Positions 50,617-57,879 of a DNA stretch of 64,000 nt are shown here, one piece after another. Position 1 is the first letter of the stretch; every line of letters begins with the position of its first letter. Source of the DNA: an uncultured delta proteobacterium (GTDB lineage Bacteria; Desulfobacterota; Binatia; DP-6); the NCBI GenBank assembly GCA_963815115.1, contig CAWFFN010000009.1, positions 1,312,001-1,376,000 of the forward strand. Reading direction: 5' to 3'. The translations under genes were made by a program, and so were the position numbers. The notes beneath the pieces are model-generated. The model saw nothing but the letters and a program-made list of their open reading frames with translations, was not told where the DNA came from and searched no databases.

Positions 50617-51870
50617 TCACGCGCCGTCGTCCGGACCGGACCGCATCCCGGTGTAGACGGCGCGCAGGCGAAGCGGCGACGGGCGCTCGTACTCCTCGAG
50701 CGCGTGCGCGATCCATCCGGCGATACGGGCGAGTGCGAAGAGCAGCTCGCCCGTGCCGCGCGGCAGCTCGAGGACGTGGCCGAGCGCCGCGATCGCGAGA
50801 TCGACGTTGGGCTGGGGGAAGCGGCGCGCCCGGACGGCGGCGAGCAGGGCCTCGACGGCACGCAGGCGGGTCACGCGGGGCGCCGCCCGGCGCAGCAAGC
50901 GGAGCAGCAGCGCGGCGCGCGGATCGCCGTCGGGATAGAGCGGGTGGCCGAAACCGGGCAGGCGCTCGCCGCCACGCAGGGCGCGCTCGATGACCGGCGC
51001 GGGATCGTCGTGCTCGGCGACCTCGGCCAGCAGCGCCTCGGACGCGAGCGAGGCGGCTCCGTGCCACGCGCCTCCGAGGACGCCGAAGCCGGCGCCGAGC
51101 GCACCGTAGGGATCCGCCCGGTAGGCGGCGGCGATGCGAACGGCGAGGGTGGAGCCAGCGAGCTCGTGATCGGCGAGCAGCACGAGGGCAGCGTCGAGGA
51201 GGGCGACCTGCGCCGGCGCGGGCGGACGCGCGGTGAGGCGGCTCCAGAGGCGTGCGGCGAGAGTGTCCGTCGGCGGCCGGCGCCCGGAGGCCTCGCGGCG
51301 CGCCGGCAGGACCTCCACCAGCGTCACCAGGAGGCTCCGGGCCGCCCGCGCGACGGCGTCCCGGCGCAGGTCGTGGCGGAACGGGTCGGCGCTGGCGAGC
51401 GCGGCGGTGACCAGGCGGATTCGGTCGAAGGGGAGGGCGCGGCTCGGCAGCGCCCGCGCGACGGCGCGACCGAGCGCCACCTGCGCGGGATCGACCGGCC
51501 AGGACGGCTCGCCGTCGGGCAGCGTGCCCGTCCACAGCAGCTCGGCCACGCGCTCGAAGCTCGCGGTGCGCGCCAGCTCGCCCGCGGCGTGACCACGATA
51601 GGTATGGCCGCCGGGCTCGATCGACGTCACGGCGGACTCGATGCGCAGCTCCGGGCGCGACTGGCCGCTCGCACCACGTCCGCGCGACGCGAGCCGGTCG
51701 ACCGCGGCGGGGTCGAACCAGCTGCCGCGATGCCCGGGACGCTGCTGGCGCACGAGCCGGCCACGGCTGACGTAGGCATACAGGGTCGCCGGCTTCACGC
51801 CGAGCGCGGCCGCCGTCTCCCGCGCGTTCAGCAGCCGGCGCTGCTCGTCGTCACGCCGGGCTGCCTTCAT
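50617..51870 (-). CDS. Citrate synthase-family protein with an N-terminal MerR/excisionase-like HTH
   Basis: LNARETAAALGVKPATLYAYVSRG; DHELAGST, WHGAAS, PGFGHPLY, PNVD, ARIAGWIAH. Confidence 0.88.
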   Translation of the reverse strand: MKAARRDDEQRRLLNARETAAALGVKPATLYAYVSRGRLVRQQRPGHRGSWFDPAAVDRLASRGRGASGQSRPELRIESAVTSIEPGGHTYRGHAAGELARTASFERVAELLWTGTLPDGEPSWPVDPAQVALGRAVARALPSRALPFDRIRLVTAALASADPFRHDLRRDAVARAARSLLVTLVEVLPARREASGRRPPTDTLAARLWSRLTARPPAPAQVALLDAALVLLADHELAGSTLAVRIAAAYRADPYGALGAGFGVLGGAWHGAASLASEALLAEVAEHDDPAPVIERALRGGERLPGFGHPLYPDGDPRAALLLRLLRRAAPRVTRLRAVEALLAAVRARRFPQPNVDLAIAALGHVLELPRGTGELLFALARIAGWIAHALEEYERPSPLRLRAVYTGMRSGPDDGA

Positions 51871-51916
51871 ATTGATTGCCACTCAATCTTGATCAACCTC
51901 ACGATCTGATCAATAT
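51869..51916. promoter_or_regulatory. Nested palindromic operator and overlapping divergent promoters between the two citrate synthase genes
   Basis: ATATTGAT(51869)...ATCAATAT(51916); ATTGA-N7-TCAAT (51871-51887); TTGATCAA (51889-51896); TGATCA (51907-51912). Confidence 0.7.
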
Positions 51917-51941
51917 CAGGAGCGACAGGAGGACGACAACC

Positions 51942-53441
51942 ATGGAGCTGCACCTGGCGGACCTGATGAATCCCACCCCTCTCACGGCGGCGCCGGCCGA
52001 CTCGCTCGCCGCGGCCGCGCACGCGATGCGGGCGCGGGACGTGAGCTCGGCGATCGTCGTGCGGGAGGGTGCCGTGGTCGGCATCCTGACCGAGCGCGAC
52101 CTCGCCCGTGCCTGCGCCGCCGGTGCGCCGGCCGCCGAGGCGCCGGTGGCGACCTGGATGACGCCAGAGCCGGTCACCATGGAGCCCGGCTGCGAGATCA
52201 CGGTCGCCCTCGAGCGCATGCTGGAGCGCAACGTGCGCCACCTGCCGGTATGCGAGAACGGCCGGCTCGCGGGCACCGTCTCGCTCCGCCAGCTCGTGCG
52301 GGCCGCCAGCCTGCGCCGGGTCGACCCGTGGACGCCCGGGACCGCTCGCGGGCTCGAGAACGTCACCGTCGCCGAGACCCGCCTGTCGCTCATCGACGCC
52401 ACCGGCGGACACCTGATCTACGCCGGCCACGACGCCGTGCGGCTCGCGGGCGAGCGCTCGTTCGAGGACGTCTGGCACCTGCTGCTGCACGACGAGCTGC
52501 CGGCCGACGACGGCTTCGCCAGCCGCCTGTGCACGCTGCGCGAGCTGCCCCTGCCCGCGTCCACCCTGCGCGCGCTCGCGAGCGCCGACGGTGCCATGAT
52601 GTCGAAGCTCGAGGCCGCGATGGCGGCCACGGGCGCCGCGCGGGGGCTCGGACCCTGGTACGAGCGCGAGCCGTCCCAGATCGAGGAGGAGGCGGTGCGC
52701 CTCGCGGCCGTCGTGCCGTCGCTGGTGGCTGCGCTCTGGCGCCTGGGTCGGGGCCTCGACCCGGTGCCGTCCGATCCATCCCTCGGTCACGTCGCGAACT
52801 ACCTCTGGATGCTGAACGGCCGCCGGCCGAGCCCGGCGCAGGTCACCGCGGCGCAGCGCTACCTGATCCTCACCGCCGAGCACGGCATGAACGCGTCCAC
52901 CTTCACGGCCCGCGTCATCGCCTCGACGGGGGCCGATGTCGCGGCCGCGCTCGTCGGCGCCGCGGGCGCGCTCTCCGGCCCGCTCCACGGCGGCTCCCCG
53001 TCGCTCGTCCTGGACATGCTGGACGAGATCGGCACGGCGGAGCGTGCCCGCCCGTGGATCGCGGATGCCATCCGCCGCCGCCGGCGCCTGATGGGATTCG
53101 GCCATCGCGTCTACCGCACGGAGGACCCGCGCGCGGCGTGTCTGCGAGCGACGGCGGAGGAGGTGGGAGCGAGCCGGCTCGCCCTCGCGCGTGCGGTCGA
53201 GACGGAGGCACTCGAGCAGCTGCGGGTGGCCAAGCCGGACCGTGTGCTGGCGACCAACGTCGAGTTCTGGGCTGCGGTGACGCTCGAGGCGGCCGGGCTG
53301 CCCCGCGAGCTGTTCACCCCGACGTTCGCGATCGCGCGCACCGCCGGCTGGACGGCGCACCTCCTCGAGCAGGTCCGCGACAACCGCCTGATCCGGCCGG
53401 CCGCGGCCTACGTGGGGCGGACGGAGCGGCCGGCGCCGTAG
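51942..53441 (+). CDS. Citrate synthase with an N-terminal CBS-domain pair
   Basis: CBS: GILTERDL, WMTPEPVT, RHLPV; citrate synthase: GLENV, EHGMNAST, GPLHGG, GFGHRVY, DPR, NVEFW; RBS AGGAGG. Confidence 0.9.
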   Translation: MELHLADLMNPTPLTAAPADSLAAAAHAMRARDVSSAIVVREGAVVGILTERDLARACAAGAPAAEAPVATWMTPEPVTMEPGCEITVALERMLERNVRHLPVCENGRLAGTVSLRQLVRAASLRRVDPWTPGTARGLENVTVAETRLSLIDATGGHLIYAGHDAVRLAGERSFEDVWHLLLHDELPADDGFASRLCTLRELPLPASTLRALASADGAMMSKLEAAMAATGAARGLGPWYEREPSQIEEEAVRLAAVVPSLVAALWRLGRGLDPVPSDPSLGHVANYLWMLNGRRPSPAQVTAAQRYLILTAEHGMNASTFTARVIASTGADVAAALVGAAGALSGPLHGGSPSLVLDMLDEIGTAERARPWIADAIRRRRRLMGFGHRVYRTEDPRAACLRATAEEVGASRLALARAVETEALEQLRVAKPDRVLATNVEFWAAVTLEAAGLPRELFTPTFAIARTAGWTAHLLEQVRDNRLIRPAAAYVGRTERPAP

Positions 53442-53496
53442 TCGGGTGCCCGGGAGCACGCGGAGCGATCTGCCCTTCGCCATCGCGCCGAGCGGC

Positions 53497-54150
53497 CTAG
53501 GTGAGTCGCTGGTGGCGCGGGTCGCCGGCGGGGGTGCGCCTTGCGATGTCGCGCGCATCCCACGCACGTCCGATCTGGCGCATGAGCGCCGGGTAGACGA
53601 TGAGGTGCCGGAAGGGCTCGATGAGCTTCAGGTAAGCGTCGCCAAGCCAGCCGCGGGGCTTCACGTAGACGCCCATCTGCGCACGATAACGGCCATCGCC
53701 GTCCTCGACCCATCCGAGGTGAAGAACGCCATGCACGGTGTCGTTTGAGATCTCGGCAGCCCACTCGTCGTCGGTCCGGTACAGGGGAACAAAGCCGCCG
53801 GCGGCTCGCCGCATCGTCCTGCCGATGAGGGGACCGTTCGCGCTACCTCGAAGGCGATCGGAAAGGCGTGCGGCGAGCGTCGTCTCGCTGCACCCCGGGA
53901 TCGGACGCTGCTTCGTCGCATCGTCCCACCCGAGCCAGTCTCCCAGGCGAAGTCGCACCCAGAAGAGCGCGCTGCTCACCGTTGACCCTGCGTCGGCGGG
54001 ATCGATGGAGGCCATCGCCTCGAGGAAGGAGTGGAAGTCGTGCAGGCCCCCTTGGACCGGCAGCGCCCAGACGTCGAGCAGCTTGAAGTCGGGGGCGATC
54101 TCGCGGATCACCCAGGGACGCGCTTCGTGGGCGGAGTTTGGCAGCCTCAT
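53497..54150 (-). CDS. DUF2867-like protein
   Basis: PWVIREIAPDFKLLDVWALP, EWAAEISNDTVHG, VYVKPRG, PFRHLIVYP. Confidence 0.7.
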   Translation of the reverse strand: MRLPNSAHEARPWVIREIAPDFKLLDVWALPVQGGLHDFHSFLEAMASIDPADAGSTVSSALFWVRLRLGDWLGWDDATKQRPIPGCSETTLAARLSDRLRGSANGPLIGRTMRRAAGGFVPLYRTDDEWAAEISNDTVHGVLHLGWVEDGDGRYRAQMGVYVKPRGWLGDAYLKLIEPFRHLIVYPALMRQIGRAWDARDIARRTPAGDPRHQRLT

Positions 54151-54626
54151 GCGGCAATACCCTTCGCAGAGATGACCTTCGCCGCGTGGCGCAACAGACC
54201 GGGCATCGCCTGGCGATGGCCGACGGACAGCGGTGGCCAGACGAGTGCCGCCACCGGCCGGTCGTACCGGATGAACGTGGCGACGGAGACCTGCTCGTCG
54301 CCGACCTGGAAGGCGATCTGGGCGGTCAGGAACCACGAGGCGGCCTCGAGCACGATCCAGCTGCCGCCGCGATCGACGATCTTCCACCCGGCCACGTGGT
54401 CCCGCGAAGGCCGCCGCTCGAGACGCAAGCCGAGGAGCACGCGCCAGACGAACTGTCCCGCGAGCCCGGCGGCGTCATCGACCCCAGCACGGGCCCACTC
54501 CTCCGGTGACTTGTCTGCGGCAGCACCCGGCGTGAGCGTGAAGAGGTCGGCGTAGTCCTGTTTCGCCAGGGTGCTGAGGGAGCGAATCGTCTCCGGGACG
54601 TAGCCCTGCTCGAGAACCGTCGTCAT
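54147..54626 (-). CDS. Hypothetical protein, DUF2867-like
   Basis: DYADLF, SPEEWAR, LVWPPLSVGHR; RBS AAGGAGG; overlaps the next gene start (ATGA). Confidence 0.65.
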   Translation of the reverse strand: MTTVLEQGYVPETIRSLSTLAKQDYADLFTLTPGAAADKSPEEWARAGVDDAAGLAGQFVWRVLLGLRLERRPSRDHVAGWKIVDRGGSWIVLEAASWFLTAQIAFQVGDEQVSVATFIRYDRPVAALVWPPLSVGHRQAMPGLLRHAAKVISAKGIAA

Positions 54627-54660
54627 GCGTGGCCTCCTTGGCTGTACATCACGAAGATTC

Positions 54661-54689
54661 AGGATATACTGAACACTCAGAATTGTCCA
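54661..54689 (-). promoter_or_regulatory. Promoter with a TetR-like operator in the spacer
   Basis: Minus strand TGGACA-N17-TATCCT; the spacer carries the inverted repeat ATTCTGA-gtgt-TCAGTAT. Confidence 0.6.
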
Positions 54690-55067
54690 GGAGGCGGCAG
54701 GGGATGGGATCGGGCATCCTGACCCGGCACGCCGCGTCACGAGGGGAGCGGTTCGGGGCGCTCCGCGAGGGACGGGGCCACGCGAGGCATCGACCGAGAG
54801 CGAATGGGTCGCGCGGGCGCTGGAAGCGCTCTAGTGCCTCCGGGCGCGACATGCAGCTTCGTGGTAGACCAGCCGCAACGATGTGAGATCCCGCCCGTTG
54901 GCAGCTGGCCGCGCATCCAGGTTCGCAGCATAGTGCGCTGACGTTGCAAGAAGCCGACCTGCAAGACCTCTTACTTGACACAAGCGTCGCCTCGGCCCGT
55001 ACTCGGCCATGCCGGAGGAACAGCCGCTCCAGCGGCCAGCGCCGGCAACGTGGGACAGGAGGCGCCC

Positions 55068-57683
55068 GTGCAGTCGATGCGGTCGATGCAGGGGGATGGT
55101 GTCCGTCGCGTCAGGGTGGCGCTTCTTTCTGCGGCGTTGCTCGGGAGCCGCCTGGCCGCGGCCCAGCCCCTCTGGATGCCGCCGCCCGAACCCGTGGTCC
55201 CGCCACAGATTCCGGCGACCAGCGAGCGCGACCGCGACGGGAACAGGATCGACGATGCGCTGGACGGAGAGCTGTCCGATCTGCATGCGGCACTCGGGAC
55301 CGCCACCGCCCCCGCGGTGGTCGCCGAGCTCGGTGCCCGGCTCACGGCGCCGGTCCGCATCGAGCTCGTGTTCTCCGGCCAGATCACCCAGCAGCAGATC
55401 GACAGCTTCCTCGCGCTCGGAGGCGAGATCGACCACGTCTACCTGGCGGTCAGCTACGGGTGGACGGGCCGTCTGGCGCGGTCCGCGCTGGAGTCGCTCC
55501 CCGGCGCGATGGGTTCGTCTCTGGTGCTGGTGGTCGGGGACCGGCCGGCGCGGCTCCACCTCGACGAGGCCACGCGCACCGGGCGCGCGCGGCCGGTATG
55601 GGCGAGCGGTTTCGCCGGCAGCGCGTCGGGCTTCTCCGGCAGCAGCGACGTCACGATCGCCGTCCTCGACACGGGGGTCGACGACTCCCATGCCGACCTC
55701 GCGGGGAGAATGGAGTTCTGGAAGGACTACACGGTGGACCTCGAGCCCGCGCCGCGTGACATCCTGCAGCACGGCTCGCACGTGACCGGCATCGCGCTCG
55801 GGACCGGAGCGAGCTTCGGGCTCGGCCCGGGCCCGTTGACCTACACCGACAGCGGCGACCTGACGGGCATCCCGGCGGGCTACTTCCTTCCCAGCCTGGT
55901 CCACCTCCCCGCGGCGTCACTCACCTTCACGGAGAACGCGACCTGGCTGGGCGGGGGCTCGACGAACCTGTTCGGGGCGTTCCGGGCCAACGGAGGCGGC
56001 TCGGTCTTCTCCCTCTCACCGCCGACGTTCGGCTCGTCGGGCATCACCGAATCCAACACCTTCACTCCCTCCACCACCAATGGCTACACGACCGGCCTGG
56101 TGCAGAACGCGGGCTCCACCATCTCGCGCTACGCCATCGTCAACACCGTGACCAACTATCCGGCGGTCGGCGACGGGTTCGACGTGCTCCGCGGCGTGGC
56201 GCCCGGCTCGCGGTGGGCGGGGGCCAAGGTGTTCACGAACGCGGGCGGGGGATCGAATCTCGACGTCGGCGCCGCGATGGACGACATGGTGACGCAGCGT
56301 ATCGCCCACAACATCAAGGTCGCGAACATGAGCCTGGGCACCATCGGCGACCCGGGTCTCGACACGACCGAACGTGCGAAGGCCAACACCATGGTCGAGA
56401 ACGGGATCGTGCTCGTGGTGTCGGCCGGAAACGACGGTCCTGGCACGGCGGAAGACAACGTGGTCGACGATCCCGGGCGCGCGGCGCTCGTCGTCACCGT
56501 CGCCGCCAGCAATGACGTCAACGAGCTGACCAGCTACACCAGCAGCGGCTTCCTCTCGCCGGGCCCGGACGAGGATGACAAGCCCGACGTGATGGCGCCG
56601 GGAGGATCGAGCTTCTACTCGGCGATTCTCTCCGTCGACAGCAACGATGCCGACGCGGCGATGGCCGGTTTCGCCGACCGGGTGCCGAACGACTACTCCA
56701 GCATCATGGGGACCTCGATGGCGGCGCCGTTCGTCGCCGGCTCGGCGAGCCTGCTGATCGACGCGCTGGAACGGGCAGGGCTGACATGGAGCTTCACGTC
56801 GAGCGCGCACCCCTTGCTCGTCAAGATGCTGCTCTGTGCCTCCGCGACCGAGTCGAACGCGAACCGCGAAGCGGGAAGCGGCAGCGACCCCACCCTGGGC
56901 CGCGCCGCTGTCCCGAAGGACCGCTTCGAGGGCTACGGGCTCATCAACCCCGATGCCGCCATCGAAGCGGTGACCCTCACGTACGCCGGCGGTGTCCTGA
57001 GCGATTCCACCTCGGGAGGTCGATTCGACCGCCGTGCCTGGGGACGAAGGATGGCGCTGGCGGCGGGGGTGCCCGTCAGCCTCGTCCTGACCGTGTCGGC
57101 GACGGCCGACTACGACCTCTACCTCTATGGCGGCGTCCCGGAGAGCAAGGGCAACCCCGTCATCCTGGCGTCGAGCACGAGCGCGGGCCTCGACGTGGAC
57201 GAGACGATCGGCTTCACGCCCAGCGCGACCGGGACGGCGTACCTCTTCATCAAACGGGTTTCGGGAAGCGGCAGCTGGTCGCTGTCGAGCTCCGGCGTTG
57301 CGCCGACCTCCACCACGACGACCCCCGTCACGATGACCTCCACCACCACGACGCCCATCGCCACCACGACCACCACCACGGTTCCCTGCCTCACGCCACG
57401 CTGCCGCATGGCTGCGGCGTTCGAGGGACCTTCCTGCGCGGGTGAGCCGATTCCGCGGGAAATCCGCACCGGCGTCGATCGCGCGCTCGAGCAGGCCCAA
57501 GAAGCAAGCACGAGCCGGCCGAAGCGGGCGAGAAGCCTGGTGCGGAGGGCGCGTCGCGTGCTGGAGGAGGCAGCCACTGCCGCCAAGCGGGCCGCGAAGG
57601 GCAAGCGGCCGAAGCTGTCGCCCACCTGCGCGAGCGTGCTCGCCGCCGCGGCCAGGGAGGTGCGCGGCGAGCTTACGCCCTGA
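55068..57683 (+). CDS. Secreted S8 (subtilisin-like) serine peptidase with PPC-like domain, Thr-rich linker and basic helical C-terminal domain
   Basis: Signal peptide; catalytic triad motifs VLDTGVD, HGSHVTG, GTSMAAP; oxyanion SAGN; ADYDLYLY; RBS AGGAGG before the GTG. Confidence 0.9.
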   Translation: MQSMRSMQGDGVRRVRVALLSAALLGSRLAAAQPLWMPPPEPVVPPQIPATSERDRDGNRIDDALDGELSDLHAALGTATAPAVVAELGARLTAPVRIELVFSGQITQQQIDSFLALGGEIDHVYLAVSYGWTGRLARSALESLPGAMGSSLVLVVGDRPARLHLDEATRTGRARPVWASGFAGSASGFSGSSDVTIAVLDTGVDDSHADLAGRMEFWKDYTVDLEPAPRDILQHGSHVTGIALGTGASFGLGPGPLTYTDSGDLTGIPAGYFLPSLVHLPAASLTFTENATWLGGGSTNLFGAFRANGGGSVFSLSPPTFGSSGITESNTFTPSTTNGYTTGLVQNAGSTISRYAIVNTVTNYPAVGDGFDVLRGVAPGSRWAGAKVFTNAGGGSNLDVGAAMDDMVTQRIAHNIKVANMSLGTIGDPGLDTTERAKANTMVENGIVLVVSAGNDGPGTAEDNVVDDPGRAALVVTVAASNDVNELTSYTSSGFLSPGPDEDDKPDVMAPGGSSFYSAILSVDSNDADAAMAGFADRVPNDYSSIMGTSMAAPFVAGSASLLIDALERAGLTWSFTSSAHPLLVKMLLCASATESNANREAGSGSDPTLGRAAVPKDRFEGYGLINPDAAIEAVTLTYAGGVLSDSTSGGRFDRRAWGRRMALAAGVPVSLVLTVSATADYDLYLYGGVPESKGNPVILASSTSAGLDVDETIGFTPSATGTAYLFIKRVSGSGSWSLSSSGVAPTSTTTTPVTMTSTTTTPIATTTTTTVPCLTPRCRMAAAFEGPSCAGEPIPREIRTGVDRALEQAQEASTSRPKRARSLVRRARRVLEEAATAAKRAAKGKRPKLSPTCASVLAAAAREVRGELTP
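57306..57380 (+). repeat. Low-complexity ACC/ACG repeat encoding a Thr-rich linker
   Basis: Encodes TSTTTTPVTMTSTTTTPIATTTTTT. Confidence 0.8.
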
Positions 57684-57879
57684 GCGCGGCGGCCGGCCGC
57701 CAGCGTCGGCCAGACGCCGAGGCGGGTGGTCCCGACGCCGTTCGGGCGCTCGATCGCCGTCCTGGTCCGAACGGCTTGGCGGCCTCCCCTTTTCTTGCGA
57801 TCGACGAACGACCGGCACACGGGGTGTATGCTCATGATGTGCGCTTCCCGGGCGGAATCTCCACCCGAGGGACTCACCG

